Assembly: GCF_044324785.1 (NCBI RefSeq)
Contig: NZ_CP172127.1
Reading direction: 5' to 3' (one strand)
Length of the DNA stretch: 64,000 nucleotides
DNA from: Escherichia coli
GTDB taxonomy: Bacteria; Pseudomonadota; Gammaproteobacteria; Enterobacterales; Enterobacteriaceae
The stretch's first letter is position 1, and each line of letters begins with the position of its first letter. The translations under genes and the position numbers were made by a program. Shown piece after piece: positions 8,920 through 19,821 of this stretch. The notes beneath the pieces are model-generated. The model saw nothing but the letters and a program-made list of their open reading frames with translations, did no database searches and was not told the DNA's origin.

Positions 8920-10257
8920 ATGAACACTTCACCGGTGCGAATGGATGATTTACCGCTTAACCGTTTTCACTGTCGAATTGCTGCGCTCACTTTCGGCGCG
9001 CACCTGACCGACGGTTATGTTCTCGGCGTCATTGGTTACGCCATTATTCAGCTTACACCCGCCATGCAACTGACGCCGTTTATGGCGGGAATGATTGGCG
9101 GCTCGGCGCTCCTTGGTTTGTTTCTTGGCAGCCTGGTTCTTGGATGGATCTCCGACCATATTGGTCGGCAAAAAATCTTCACCTTCAGCTTTTTGCTGAT
9201 TACGCTCGCTTCGTTCTTGCAATTTTTTGCCACCACGCCAGAGCATCTTATTGGGCTGCGCATTTTGATCGGCATTGGGCTGGGAGGCGATTACTCAGTC
9301 GGTCACACCTTGCTGGCTGAATTTTCCCCGCGCCGCCATCGCGGTGTTTTGCTGGGCGCATTCAGCGTGGTGTGGACCGTAGGCTATGTGTTGGCAAGTA
9401 TTGCCGGACATCACTTTATTAGCGAAAGCCCGGAGGCCTGGCGCTGGCTGCTGGCATCGGCAGCTCTGCCCGCGTTGTTGATTACGTTATTACGCTGGGG
9501 AACGCCAGAATCGCCACGCTGGCTACTGCGCCAGGGGCGTTTTGCAGAAGCTCACGCTATCGTGCATCGCTATTTTGGTCCCCATGTTTTACTGGGCGAT
9601 GAAGTGGCAACGGCGACCCATAAACACATCAAAACCTTGTTCTCTTCGCGCTACTGGCGGCGCACGGCGTTTAACAGCGTCTTCTTTGTCTGCCTCGTAA
9701 TCCCATGGTTTGTGATTTATACCTGGCTGCCAACTATCGCCCAAACTATTGGTCTGGAAGATGCGCTGACTGCCAGCCTGATGCTTAATGCGTTGTTAAT
9801 TGTGGGCGCGCTGCTGGGATTAGTTCTGACGCACCTGCTGGCACATCGCAAATTTTTGCTGGGAAGTTTTTTGCTGCTGGCGGCAACGCTGGTAGTAATG
9901 GCCTGTTTGCCTTCCGGCAGTTCATTAACGCTGCTGCTTTTTGTTCTCTTCAGCACCACCATTTCTGCAGTCAGTAATCTGGTGGGCATTTTGCCTGCGG
10001 AAAGTTTTCCTACTGACATTCGCTCGCTGGGCGTCGGTTTTGCCACCGCCATGAGTCGGTTGGGGGCGGCGGTAAGTACTGGCCTGCTGCCGTGGGTGCT
10101 GGCGCAGTGGGGAATGCAAGTCACCTTATTGCTCCTGGCGGCAGTGTTGTTGGTTGGTTTTGTCGTGACCTGGCTATGGGCACCAGAAACCAAAGCACTC
10201 CCGCTGGTGGCGGCGGGAAATGTAGGAGGTGCGAATGAACATTCTGTTAGCGTTTAA
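8920..10257 (+). CDS. ygcS: MFS sugar/metabolite transporter
   Basis: 445 aa from MNTSPVR; about 12 hydrophobic segments; matches E. coli YgcS; 3' end overlaps ygcR. Confidence 0.85.
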   Translation: MNTSPVRMDDLPLNRFHCRIAALTFGAHLTDGYVLGVIGYAIIQLTPAMQLTPFMAGMIGGSALLGLFLGSLVLGWISDHIGRQKIFTFSFLLITLASFLQFFATTPEHLIGLRILIGIGLGGDYSVGHTLLAEFSPRRHRGVLLGAFSVVWTVGYVLASIAGHHFISESPEAWRWLLASAALPALLITLLRWGTPESPRWLLRQGRFAEAHAIVHRYFGPHVLLGDEVATATHKHIKTLFSSRYWRRTAFNSVFFVCLVIPWFVIYTWLPTIAQTIGLEDALTASLMLNALLIVGALLGLVLTHLLAHRKFLLGSFLLLAATLVVMACLPSGSSLTLLLFVLFSTTISAVSNLVGILPAESFPTDIRSLGVGFATAMSRLGAAVSTGLLPWVLAQWGMQVTLLLLAAVLLVGFVVTWLWAPETKALPLVAAGNVGGANEHSVSV

Positions 10258-11014
10258 AGCCGAACCGGATGCCGGAATGCTGGCGGAAAAAGAGTGGCAG
10301 GCGGCGGTTCAGGGTAATAGCGGACCGGATGTTTCGCTTCTGCGAAGTTTACTCGGTGCTGATGAACAGGCTGCCGCCGCGCTGCTGTTGGCGCAGAGAA
10401 AAAACGGTACGTCGATGTCTTTAACCGCGTTGAGCATGGGGGATGAACGGGCGTTGCACTGGCTGCGCTATCTCATGGCTCTTGGGTTTGAGGAAGCTGT
10501 ATTGCTGGAGATGGCGGCAGATCTGCGCTTTGCGCCGGAATTTGTCGCTCGCCATATTGCCGAATGGCAGCGTCAGAATCCGCTGGATCTGATAATTACC
10601 GGCTGCCAAAGCAGCGAAGGGCAGAATGGGCAAACGCCATTTTTGCTGGCGGAAATGCTGGGCTGGCCCTGCTTCACCCAGGTGGAGCGTTTTACTCTCG
10701 ACGCGCCGTTTATCACCCTCGAACAGCGTACTGAAAACGGGCTGCGCTGTTGCCGGGTTCGCATGCCTGCGGTGATTGCCGTGCGTCAGTGCGGTGAAGT
10801 GGCCTTGCCAGTACCGGGAATGCGCCAGCGTATGGCGGCGGGGAAAGCAGAAATTATCCGTAAAACTGTTGCTGCCGAATCGCCAGCGATGCAGTGTCTG
10901 CAACTGGCAAGAGCAGAGCAACAACGCGGAGCGACGCTGATTGATGGGCAAACGGTAGCAGAAAAAGCGCAAAAGCTATGGCAGGACTATTTACGCCAAA
11001 GGATGCAGCCATGA
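10235..11014 (+). CDS. ygcR: Electron-transfer flavoprotein beta-subunit-like (FixA-like)
   Basis: 259 aa from MNILLAFK; matches E. coli YgcR; overlaps ygcS end and ygcQ start. Confidence 0.85.
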   Translation: MNILLAFKAEPDAGMLAEKEWQAAVQGNSGPDVSLLRSLLGADEQAAAALLLAQRKNGTSMSLTALSMGDERALHWLRYLMALGFEEAVLLEMAADLRFAPEFVARHIAEWQRQNPLDLIITGCQSSEGQNGQTPFLLAEMLGWPCFTQVERFTLDAPFITLEQRTENGLRCCRVRMPAVIAVRQCGEVALPVPGMRQRMAAGKAEIIRKTVAAESPAMQCLQLARAEQQRGATLIDGQTVAEKAQKLWQDYLRQRMQP

Positions 11015-11871
11015 ATATCGCAATTGTGACAATAAATCAGGAGAATGCCGCAATAGCGAGCTGGCTGGCAGAACAGGATTTCAGCGGTTGTACCCTGGCG
11101 CACTGGCAGATTGAACCTCAGCCCGTAGTGGCGGAACAGGTGCTGGATGCGCTGGTGGAACAGTGGCAGCGAACGCCTGCGGACGTTGTTCTCTTTCCGC
11201 CGGGAACGTTTGGTGATGAACTGTCGACACGGTTGGCCTGGCGATTACATGGTGCAAGCATCAGCCAGGTGACTTCGTTAGATATTTCAACCGGAAGCGT
11301 GCGCAAATACCACTGGGGAAATGCGCTAACGGCGACGCTGCAAACAGAAAAACGCCCGCTATGCCTTTCCCTTGCCCGCCAGACGGGAGCAGTGAAAAAC
11401 GCCACATTGCCCTCTGGTATGCAGCAACTGAACATTGTCCCCGGCGCGCTTCCCGACTGGCTGGTTAGCACAGAGGATCTGAAAAATGTTACCCGTGACC
11501 CATTAGCTGAGGCCAGACGGGTGCTGGTGGTGGGGCAGGGCGGAGAGGCAGATAACCAGGAAATCGCTATGCTGGCAGAAAAGCTGGGAGCCGAAGTGGG
11601 CTACAGTCGGGCACGAGTGATGAACGGTGGCGTTGATGCCGAAAAAGTGATTGGTATTTCCGGACATCTGCTGGCACCTGAGGTGTGTATTGTTGTTGGC
11701 GCTTCCGGCGCAGCAGCGTTAATGGCGGGCGTCCGCAATAGCAAGTTTGTGGTGGCGATTAATCATGACGCCAGCGCGGCGGTATTTTCACAGGCAGATG
11801 TTGGCGTGGTTGATGACTGGAAAGCGGTGCTGGAGGCACTGGTGACAACCATTCACGTAGATTGCCAATAA
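11011..11871 (+). CDS. ygcQ: Electron-transfer flavoprotein alpha-subunit-like (FixB-like)
   Basis: 286 aa from MNIAIVT; ATGA overlap with ygcR stop; matches E. coli YgcQ. Confidence 0.85.
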   Translation: MNIAIVTINQENAAIASWLAEQDFSGCTLAHWQIEPQPVVAEQVLDALVEQWQRTPADVVLFPPGTFGDELSTRLAWRLHGASISQVTSLDISTGSVRKYHWGNALTATLQTEKRPLCLSLARQTGAVKNATLPSGMQQLNIVPGALPDWLVSTEDLKNVTRDPLAEARRVLVVGQGGEADNQEIAMLAEKLGAEVGYSRARVMNGGVDAEKVIGISGHLLAPEVCIVVGASGAAALMAGVRNSKFVVAINHDASAAVFSQADVGVVDDWKAVLEALVTTIHVDCQ

Positions 11872-11874
11872 CGT

Positions 11875-11985
11875 GCTGCCGGATGATCCTGCCTACGGTT
11901 CTGGGCTGGGGACTTGTAAGCCTGATAAGACGCGTCAAGCGTCGTATCAGGCGCTGAATGTCGGATGTGGCGTGCAGCCTACAAA
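11875..11985. repeat. REP/BIME extragenic palindromes
   Basis: gcctgataagacgcg...cgtcgtatcaggc palindrome flanked by gccggatg / gtcggatgtggcgtgcagcctac REP-like units, between convergent ygcQ and ygcP. Confidence 0.7.
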
Positions 11986-12017
11986 TCACACAAATTCAAC
12001 TCGTTACGAGTATCCCG

Positions 12018-12593
12018 TCAAAGCAATTTTTTCGCTAACGTCCAGACCCCGGTATTCGTGGTGGAAAGCGCCACGACACCCGCGTTAATCGCATTACGCG
12101 CATCTTCTTCATCGCACACCAGCCCGCCGGCAATCAGCGGTTGGCGGATTTTCTCCGTCACCCAGCCCAGAACTTTAGGCATACAGCCTGGCAGGATCTC
12201 AATACAATCCGGATTCGATTGCGCAACTTGCTTATCAATGTTGTGAAACGAAATCGAATCAACAATAAACAGGCGATGAATACAGAAAAAACCTTCCGCT
12301 CTTGCCGCTTTCAGCATCGATGCTTTCGTGCTGATAATGCCGTCCGCCTCGGTCACCAGTTTCAAAAACTGAATCACCACTTCTTTATTTGACGCGCCTT
12401 CCAGCAAATCAACATGAATAAAAGCATATTTTCCGGCATTTTTAATCTTTTTAACGATTTGACTAATGGTGCAGATATTGCCGTACAACACGGAAATAAA
12501 CTGGCATTCAGAGTCGATTGCCAGTTGCAGGCTGGCATTATCTTTAACGGCAGCAATCACCGGATTCTGGCGGAGCAGGTGTAAGAGGGGCAT
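12018..12593 (-). CDS. ygcP: GlpP-family putative RNA-binding antiterminator
   Basis: 191-aa ORF; matches E. coli YgcP. Confidence 0.82.
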   Translation of the reverse strand: MPLLHLLRQNPVIAAVKDNASLQLAIDSECQFISVLYGNICTISQIVKKIKNAGKYAFIHVDLLEGASNKEVVIQFLKLVTEADGIISTKASMLKAARAEGFFCIHRLFIVDSISFHNIDKQVAQSNPDCIEILPGCMPKVLGWVTEKIRQPLIAGGLVCDEEDARNAINAGVVALSTTNTGVWTLAKKLL

Positions 12594-12609
12594 AAATTAT
12601 CCTTATTAT

Positions 12610-12870
12610 TTATCCAAAACGGTAGGTGATGCCGAATCCGGAAGGCGGATAGCGCCACTGTTGTAGTGTTGATTCGTCGCACAGCAAACGGCAGGTGCCA
12701 CACTCCAGGCAGCCGTGATAATCAATGCGTAAGTCACCTTCCGGTGTGAGCGAAAAAAGACCTGCCGGACAGGCGTTAATTAATCGTTCTGCCATCTGAC
12801 GCTCAACGGAGTCAGCCGGAACAATGTGCGGCGCATCAGCAACGCGCCAGAGATTACGGGCTACAGACAT
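12610..12870 (-). CDS. ygcO: FixX-like ferredoxin
   Basis: 86 aa from MSVARNLWRV; cysteine cluster C..YHGCLECGTCRLLC; matches E. coli YgcO. Confidence 0.82.
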   Translation of the reverse strand: MSVARNLWRVADAPHIVPADSVERQMAERLINACPAGLFSLTPEGDLRIDYHGCLECGTCRLLCDESTLQQWRYPPSGFGITYRFG

Positions 12871-14132
12871 CGCAGACTCCTGATAACATCGCCCGCCAGA
12901 TGCCACAGGCCGTGACGACGTAAATGACGCCAGAATAACTGGCGCAGCGGTGGAACAGGTTTATCACCCTGATCCCATAAATCGCGGGAAATATCCTGCA
13001 TTAACGCAGGCCACGCCCGATACCAGCCAGGGCGTTGCAAAAGCGCCGGAACATGCTGATAACGTTGTAGAACATCCCATAGCAGGCTGCGCTCGACGTT
13101 GTGATGATAAAGCGCAAACAGATTTTGCGGCTCGCGGTGCTGGCAGGCGCTTATCAGCGTTTGTGCCGCCGCCTGTGCGCCAGTCAGCGCCATATCCATG
13201 CCGCGCACGGAAATTCCGGTATTGACGCAACTGCGCAACGCATCGCCCAGCAGCAGCCAGCCGTTACCGGCGTATTGCACCGGCATACTGTGCAAGCCAC
13301 CTTCTGGCACCAGATGCGCACCATACTCCAGTGATTCCGTGTTTTTGATAAGCGGGCGCACTGCCGGATGCGTTTTAAAGCGAGCCAGCAGCTCGCTTGC
13401 CGGAACACGACTTTGCGTAAGGGAAGAGAGCGGGCAAACAATCCCTAACGAGAGCGTTTGTTGATTAGTATAAAGAAATGCGCCGCCGGGTAAGTCATCA
13501 CAGATTCCGCCGCTGAACAGCAACGCTGCGCCTTCGTTATTCTCCAGATGAAAACGTTCTTCAATAGCGGATGTTTCCAGCGCCAGCACTTCTTTGATCC
13601 CCAACGCCATCGCTTCGCCAGCAGGACGAGTCACTAACCCGTGACGCTCAGCCAGGACGCTGTTGGCACCTTCTGCCAGCACCACATAACGGGCGCGGAG
13701 AATATCGTCACCACAAATGACACCACACACCCTGCCGTTTTCTTCATACAGCGCATCCACCGTCGCACCAGGGATGCATTCGACACCTTCTTTTTCGGCT
13801 TCGGCAACCAGCCACGGATCGAACCGTGCACGTAATACACTCCAGGATTCACCGCCGGGCTGTAAGCTGGAAAACGTCGTTGCGCCATCCGGCGTTAACA
13901 GGGAAAGGCTTTCGTGAGTGATGCGTCGTTCAAGAGGCGCGGTCAGATGAAATTGTGGGAGGAGTTCCGCGAGCGCCTGGGTATATAAACGCCCGCCGGA
14001 AAGATTTTTGCTGCCGGGGATTTCAGCGCGTTCCAGTAACAAAACGGATAAACCCACTCGCGCGCAGCGTAACGCGCAAGCGGTGCCTGCAATACCGGCA
14101 CCAATAATAATAATGTCGCAGTCGTCTTCCAT
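12861..14132 (-). CDS. ygcN: FixC-like FAD-dependent oxidoreductase (ETF-quinone oxidoreductase-like)
   Basis: 423 aa from MEDDCDIIIIGAGIAGTACA (GxGxxG dinucleotide-binding motif); overlaps ygcO start by 10 nt. Confidence 0.85.
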   Translation of the reverse strand: MEDDCDIIIIGAGIAGTACALRCARVGLSVLLLERAEIPGSKNLSGGRLYTQALAELLPQFHLTAPLERRITHESLSLLTPDGATTFSSLQPGGESWSVLRARFDPWLVAEAEKEGVECIPGATVDALYEENGRVCGVICGDDILRARYVVLAEGANSVLAERHGLVTRPAGEAMALGIKEVLALETSAIEERFHLENNEGAALLFSGGICDDLPGGAFLYTNQQTLSLGIVCPLSSLTQSRVPASELLARFKTHPAVRPLIKNTESLEYGAHLVPEGGLHSMPVQYAGNGWLLLGDALRSCVNTGISVRGMDMALTGAQAAAQTLISACQHREPQNLFALYHHNVERSLLWDVLQRYQHVPALLQRPGWYRAWPALMQDISRDLWDQGDKPVPPLRQLFWRHLRRHGLWHLAGDVIRSLRCL

Positions 14133-14209
14133 GTCATGCCCCAGATATCCAGAACACAACACCCTAACATAGCGTTACTTAAGGGAAATTGACCGCCGAC
14201 ACACTCTTA

Positions 14210-14575
14210 TCATTCGCCGCGATAGATACACCCTGCGGTGCAGGTTTCTTTTACCATCACCGCACTTAACAGCGGCACAACGGGTTTAACCTGATCCCAA
14301 ATCCATTTTGCTAAAACTTCGCTGGTTGGGTTTTCCAGACCTGGAATATCATTGAGATAATGGTGATCGAGGCGCTCATAAGTTGGCTTAAACGCCGCTT
14401 TCAGTTCAGCGAAATCGATAATCCAGCCCGTATGCGGATCGACTTCCCCGGTAATTTCCAGTCGCACCATAAAGGAATGCCCGTGCAGGCGACCACATTT
14501 ATGTCCTTCCGGGACGTGTGGTAAGCGGTGAGCGGCTTCGAAGGTGAAATCTTTAAATAACGTGGTGGACATCAT
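14210..14575 (-). CDS. queD: 6-carboxy-5,6,7,8-tetrahydropterin synthase
   Basis: 121 aa from [18 protein letters not shown]; matches E. coli QueD/YgcM; track ORF extends to 14659 through an upstream start. Confidence 0.9.
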   Translation of the reverse strand: MMSTTLFKDFTFEAAHRLPHVPEGHKCGRLHGHSFMVRLEITGEVDPHTGWIIDFAELKAAFKPTYERLDHHYLNDIPGLENPTSEVLAKWIWDQVKPVVPLLSAVMVKETCTAGCIYRGE

Positions 14576-14890
14576 AATTTCTCTACAGGACGATAAAACC
14601 GCCGTAGAGTACCGGAAAGGCTGTTTTTTCGCATTATCTAAAACGACTTTGTTGCGCAAAATCGCTGATTTATCTTAATGATTGGCTAAATTCATTTGTT
14701 TTTCATTGGGTTGGTTAATCTGTTTTGTTGTTAAAGACTATTGCTAAAACAGGTTAGTCGATTTGGTTATTAGTTATCGCTATCCCGTCTTTAATCCACA
14801 CCGTTCACCCCGTTAACCTTACCTTCTCTTCTGTTTTATGGGCGCTGACAGGGCGCAGAAACAGCTTTGCTTACTGGAACATAACGACGC

Positions 14891-16690
14891 ATGACGACAC
14901 AGGCCCCACCTTCCGCGTTGCTTCCGTTGAACCCGGAGCAACTGGCACGCCTTCAGGCGGCCACGACCGATTTAACTCCCACCCAGCTTGCCTGGGTTTC
15001 TGGCTATTTCTGGGGCGTGCTCAACCAGCAGCCTGCTGCGCTTGCAGCGACGCCAGCGCCCGCCGCAGAAATGCCGGGTATAACTATTATCTCCGCCTCG
15101 CAAACCGGCAATGCGCGCCGGGTTGCTGAAGCATTACGCGATGATTTATTGGCGGCAAAACTGAACGTTAAGCTGGTGAACGCGGGCGACTATAAATTCA
15201 AACAAATCGCCAGCGAAAAACTGCTCATCGTGGTGACGTCAACGCAAGGGGAAGGGGAACCGCCGGAAGAAGCCGTCGCGCTGCATAAGTTCCTGTTCTC
15301 CAAAAAAGCGCCAAAGCTGGAAAACACCGCGTTTGCCGTGTTTAGCCTCGGCGATAGCTCTTATGAATTTTTCTGCCAGTCCGGGAAAGATTTTGACAGC
15401 AAGCTGGCGGAACTGGGCGGTGAACGCCTGCTCGACCGTGTCGATGCCGACGTTGAATACCAGACCGCTGCCAGCGAGTGGCGCGCCCGCGTGGTTGATG
15501 TTCTGAAGTCCCGTGCGCCTGTCGCGGCACCTTCGCAATCCGTCGCTACTGGCGCGGTAAATGAAATCCACACCAGCCCGTACAGCAAAGACGCGCCGCT
15601 GGTGGCGAGCCTTTCGGTTAACCAGAAAATTACCGGGCGTAACTCTGAAAAAGACGTTCGCCATATCGAAATTGACTTAGGTGACTCTGGCCTGCGTTAT
15701 CAGCCGGGTGACGCGCTGGGCATCTGGTATCAGAACGATCCGGCACTGGTGAAAGAACTTGTCGAACTGCTGTGGCTGAAAGGCGATGAAACTGTCACCG
15801 TTGACGGCAAAACGCTGACCCTGAGCGAAGCGCTACAGTGGCACTTTGAACTCACCGTCAACACCGCGAATATTGTTGAGAACTACGCCACGCTTACCCG
15901 CAGCGAAACGCTGCTGCCGCTGGTGGGCGATAAAGCGAAGTTACAGCATTACGCCGCGACCACGCCGATTGTTGACATGGTGCGTTTCTCTCCGGCGCAA
16001 CTGGATGCCGAAGCGCTGATTAACCTGCTGCGCCCGCTGACCCCGCGTCTGTATTCCATCGCCTCCTCGCAGGCGGAAGTCGAGAACGAAGTACACGTTA
16101 CCGTTGGTGTGGTGCGTTACGACGTGGAAGGCCGCGCCCGTGCCGGTGGTGCCTCCAGTTTCCTCGCGGACCGTGTGGAAGAAGAGGGCGAAGTCCGCGT
16201 CTTTATCGAACATAACGATAACTTCCGCCTGCCAGCCAATCCGGAAACCCCGGTGATTATGATTGGCCCAGGCACCGGCATCGCGCCGTTCCGCGCCTTT
16301 ATGCAGCAACGCGCCGCCGACGAAGCGCTGGGGAAAAACTGGCTGTTCTTTGGCAACCCGCACTTTACGGAAGATTTCCTCTACCAGGTGGAATGGCAGC
16401 GCTACGTCAAAGAGGGCGTGCTGACGCGTATCGATCTTGCCTGGTCGCGCGATCAAAAAGAAAAAATTTACGTACAAGACAAACTGCGCGAACAGGGCGC
16501 GGAGCTATGGCGCTGGATCAATGACGGTGCCCACATTTATGTCTGCGGCGACGCTAATCGCATGGCGAAAGACGTTGAGCAGGCACTTCTGGAAGTGATT
16601 GCCGAATTTGGTGGCATGGACACCGAAGCGGCGGATGAATTTTTAAGTGAGCTGCGCGTAGAGCGCCGTTATCAGCGAGATGTCTACTAA
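14891..16690 (+). CDS. cysJ: Sulfite reductase [NADPH] flavoprotein alpha subunit
   Basis: 599-aa ORF, full-length match to E. coli CysJ from memory. Confidence 0.97.
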   Translation: MTTQAPPSALLPLNPEQLARLQAATTDLTPTQLAWVSGYFWGVLNQQPAALAATPAPAAEMPGITIISASQTGNARRVAEALRDDLLAAKLNVKLVNAGDYKFKQIASEKLLIVVTSTQGEGEPPEEAVALHKFLFSKKAPKLENTAFAVFSLGDSSYEFFCQSGKDFDSKLAELGGERLLDRVDADVEYQTAASEWRARVVDVLKSRAPVAAPSQSVATGAVNEIHTSPYSKDAPLVASLSVNQKITGRNSEKDVRHIEIDLGDSGLRYQPGDALGIWYQNDPALVKELVELLWLKGDETVTVDGKTLTLSEALQWHFELTVNTANIVENYATLTRSETLLPLVGDKAKLQHYAATTPIVDMVRFSPAQLDAEALINLLRPLTPRLYSIASSQAEVENEVHVTVGVVRYDVEGRARAGGASSFLADRVEEEGEVRVFIEHNDNFRLPANPETPVIMIGPGTGIAPFRAFMQQRAADEALGKNWLFFGNPHFTEDFLYQVEWQRYVKEGVLTRIDLAWSRDQKEKIYVQDKLREQGAELWRWINDGAHIYVCGDANRMAKDVEQALLEVIAEFGGMDTEAADEFLSELRVERRYQRDVY

Positions 16691-18402
16691 TGAGCGAAAA
16701 ACATCCAGGGCCTTTAGTGGTCGAAGGAAAACTGACAGACGCCGAGCGCATGAAGCTTGAAAGCAACTACCTGCGCGGCACCATTGCGGAAGATTTAAAC
16801 GACGGTCTGACCGGCGGCTTTAAGGGCGACAACTTCCTGCTGATCCGCTTCCACGGCATGTATCAGCAAGATGACCGCGACATCCGCGCCGAACGTGCTG
16901 AACAGAAGCTGGAGCCACGTCATGCAATGCTGTTGCGCTGTCGTCTGCCGGGTGGGGTGATTACCACCAAACAGTGGCAGGCGATCGATAAATTTGCCGG
17001 TGAAAACACCATCTATGGCAGCATTCGCCTGACCAACCGCCAGACGTTTCAGTTCCACGGCATTCTGAAAAAGAACGTCAAACCGGTGCACCAGATGCTG
17101 CACTCGGTCGGTCTTGATGCGCTGGCGACTGCTAACGACATGAACCGTAACGTACTCTGCACCTCGAACCCTTACGAGTCGCAGCTGCACGCGGAAGCCT
17201 ATGAATGGGCGAAGAAAATCTCTGAACATCTGCTGCCTCGTACCCGCGCGTATGCAGAGATCTGGCTCGATCAGGAAAAAGTCGCCACTACTGATGAAGA
17301 GCCGATCCTTGGTCAGACCTACCTGCCGCGTAAGTTCAAAACCACGGTAGTGATCCCGCCGCAGAACGATATCGATCTGCACGCCAACGACATGAACTTC
17401 GTGGCGATCGCCGAAAACGGCAAGCTGGTGGGCTTTAACCTGCTGGTGGGCGGTGGGCTTTCCATCGAGCACGGCAACAAGAAAACCTACGCCCGCACCG
17501 CGAGTGAGTTTGGCTATCTGCCGCTGGAGCATACACTGGCAGTGGCGGAAGCCGTCGTGACAACTCAGCGTGACTGGGGTAACCGAACCGATCGTAAAAA
17601 TGCCAAAACCAAATACACGCTGGAGCGCGTGGGGGTTGAGACGTTTAAAGCGGAAGTGGAGCGTCGCGCGGGGATCAAATTTGAACCGATCCGTCCGTAT
17701 GAGTTCACCGGACGCGGCGATCGTATTGGTTGGGTTAAGGGCATTGATGATAACTGGCACCTGACGCTGTTTATCGAAAATGGTCGCATCCTTGATTATC
17801 CGGGGCGTCCGCTGAAAACTGGCCTGCTGGAGATCGCGAAGATCCACAAAGGTGATTTCCGCATTACGGCGAACCAGAATCTGATCATCGCCGGTGTGCC
17901 GGAAAGCGAGAAAGCGAAGATCGAGAAGATCGCCAAAGAGAGCGGGTTAATGAATGCCGTCACGCCGCAGCGTGAAAACTCAATGGCCTGCGTGTCATTC
18001 CCGACTTGCCCGCTGGCGATGGCCGAAGCCGAGCGTTTCCTGCCGTCTTTTATCGACAACATCGATAATTTAATGGCGAAACATGGTGTCAGCGATGAGC
18101 ATATCGTGATGCGTGTAACAGGCTGCCCGAACGGTTGTGGTCGCGCGATGCTGGCGGAAGTGGGCCTGGTGGGTAAAGCGCCGGGTCGCTACAACCTACA
18201 TCTTGGCGGCAACCGCATTGGGACACGTATCCCACGGATGTATAAAGAAAACATCACCGAGCCGGAAATCCTGGCGTCGCTTGATGAACTGATAGGGCGC
18301 TGGGCGAAAGAGCGCGAAGCGGGTGAAGGCTTCGGCGACTTTACGGTGCGTGCGGGCATCATTCGCCCGGTGCTCGATCCGGCGCGCGATTTGTGGGATT
18401 AA
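16690..18402 (+). CDS. cysI: Sulfite reductase hemoprotein beta subunit
   Basis: 570-aa ORF; start overlaps cysJ stop; matches E. coli CysI. Confidence 0.97.
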   Translation: MSEKHPGPLVVEGKLTDAERMKLESNYLRGTIAEDLNDGLTGGFKGDNFLLIRFHGMYQQDDRDIRAERAEQKLEPRHAMLLRCRLPGGVITTKQWQAIDKFAGENTIYGSIRLTNRQTFQFHGILKKNVKPVHQMLHSVGLDALATANDMNRNVLCTSNPYESQLHAEAYEWAKKISEHLLPRTRAYAEIWLDQEKVATTDEEPILGQTYLPRKFKTTVVIPPQNDIDLHANDMNFVAIAENGKLVGFNLLVGGGLSIEHGNKKTYARTASEFGYLPLEHTLAVAEAVVTTQRDWGNRTDRKNAKTKYTLERVGVETFKAEVERRAGIKFEPIRPYEFTGRGDRIGWVKGIDDNWHLTLFIENGRILDYPGRPLKTGLLEIAKIHKGDFRITANQNLIIAGVPESEKAKIEKIAKESGLMNAVTPQRENSMACVSFPTCPLAMAEAERFLPSFIDNIDNLMAKHGVSDEHIVMRVTGCPNGCGRAMLAEVGLVGKAPGRYNLHLGGNRIGTRIPRMYKENITEPEILASLDELIGRWAKEREAGEGFGDFTVRAGIIRPVLDPARDLWD

Positions 18403-18422
18403 CCATCAGCCCGGTCTTGTAG

Positions 18423-18454
18423 GCCTGATAAGACGCGTGAGCGTCGCATCAGGC
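18423..18454. repeat. REP-type palindrome
   Basis: gcctgataagacgcgtgagcgtcgcatcaggc in the cysI-cysH intergenic region. Confidence 0.6.
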
Positions 18455-18475
18455 AAGGCAAACAGTGAGGAATCT

Positions 18476-19210
18476 ATGTCCAAACTCGATCTAAACGCCC
18501 TGAACGAACTGCCGAAGGTAGATCGCATTCTGGCGCTTGCAGAAACTAACGCCGAACTGGAAAAACTGGATGCTGAAGGCCGCGTTGCCTGGGCGCTGGA
18601 TAATCTGCCCGGTGAATATGTACTTTCTTCCAGTTTCGGCATTCAGGCGGCGGTGAGCCTGCATCTGGTGAATCAGATTCACCCGGATATCCCGGTGATC
18701 CTGACCGATACGGGTTATCTGTTCCCGGAAACCTACCGCTTTATTGACGTGTTAACGGACAAACTCAAGCTCAACCTGAAAGTGTACCGAGCTACCGAAA
18801 GCGCCGCCTGGCAGGAAGCACGCTACGGCAAACTGTGGGAGCAGGGCGTTGAAGGCATTGAAAAGTACAATGACATCAACAAAGTCGAACCGATGAACCG
18901 GGCGCTGAAAGAACTGAATGCGCAAACGTGGTTTGCTGGCCTGCGCCGCGAACAATCCGGCAGTCGCGCCAATTTACCGGTGCTGGCAATTCAGCGTGGC
19001 GTATTTAAAGTGCTGCCGATTATCGACTGGGATAACCGAACGATATATCAGTATCTGCAAAAACATGGCCTGAAATATCATCCATTATGGGACGAAGGAT
19101 ATTTATCCGTCGGTGATACCCATACAACCCGTAAATGGGAACCCGGCATGGCGGAAGAAGAAACGCGTTTCTTTGGCTTAAAAAGGGAATGTGGGCTGCA
19201 CGAAGGGTAA
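18476..19210 (+). CDS. cysH: Phosphoadenosine phosphosulfate (PAPS) reductase
   Basis: 244 aa from [13 protein letters not shown]; matches E. coli CysH; track ORF 18323.. is an upstream extension. Confidence 0.95.
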   Translation: MSKLDLNALNELPKVDRILALAETNAELEKLDAEGRVAWALDNLPGEYVLSSSFGIQAAVSLHLVNQIHPDIPVILTDTGYLFPETYRFIDVLTDKLKLNLKVYRATESAAWQEARYGKLWEQGVEGIEKYNDINKVEPMNRALKELNAQTWFAGLRREQSGSRANLPVLAIQRGVFKVLPIIDWDNRTIYQYLQKHGLKYHPLWDEGYLSVGDTHTTRKWEPGMAEEETRFFGLKRECGLHEG

Positions 19211-19227
19211 ATATTGCCGGATAAATT

Positions 19228-19265
19228 AAACGCCTCTGTCAGAAATGATGGGGGCGTTTTTATTT
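19228..19265 (+). terminator. Putative intrinsic terminator after cysH
   Basis: aaacgcc...ggcgttt stem (7 bp, long loop) followed by tttttatttt. Confidence 0.4.
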
Positions 19266-19474
19266 TGCGAGCAGCATTCCGGCATTTAAAGGTGAACATC
19301 GCAGGGAGAATTAACAGGTATAGAATGGAGTTGGGTGCTTGAGGCTGTCTGGCGTTAAGCATTCGCGAGGTTCCAGATGGACAAAAGCCCCAGGCGATAT
19401 TTCTATCAACCTGAGGCCAGCGTTCGAACCTAAGCAATTCGAATGTTAGTCTCTTCTTTGCAGGGAGGCAAGAC

Positions 19475-19627
19475 ATGCTGACAAAATATGCCCTTGTGGC
19501 AATCATCGTACTGTGTTGTACAGTACTGGGATTCACGCTGATGGTAGGCGACTCGTTGTGTGAGTTGAGTATCAGAGAACGTGGTATGGAGTTTAAGGCA
19601 GTTCTCGCTTACGAATCGAAGAAGTAG
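19475..19627 (+). CDS. Hok/Gef-family type I toxin (HokE-like), 50 aa
   Basis: ATG at 19475 with GGGAGG SD 7 nt upstream; product [50 protein letters not shown] has the family hallmarks (N-terminal TM helix, LCE and AYES motifs); below the 60-aa cutoff of the ORF track; GC stem-loop (19633-19654) just after the stop. Confidence 0.8.
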   Translation: MLTKYALVAIIVLCCTVLGFTLMVGDSLCELSIRERGMEFKAVLAYESKK

Positions 19628-19821
19628 CCACCACGCGGGGGTAAAACCCCGCGTACTGAATTGTGATGGTTTGGTCTCCTGCACCCTTTTTTAATTTATA
19701 TTGTTTATGTGAATATTATGCCTATGTTTATTATTCATATATATTACGGATGAAAATTATTTGATTATTCATAATGTAAATATTTTATTGAACGATATAT
19801 ATCACAGATAATTTTTAATAT

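Noticed and set aside
19078-19684. Minus-strand ORFs 19078..19536 (152 aa) and 19430..19684 (84 aa)
   Set aside because: Antisense to the hok-like gene and the cysH terminator region, no SD, low-complexity products; the real coding feature is the 50-aa plus-strand ORF
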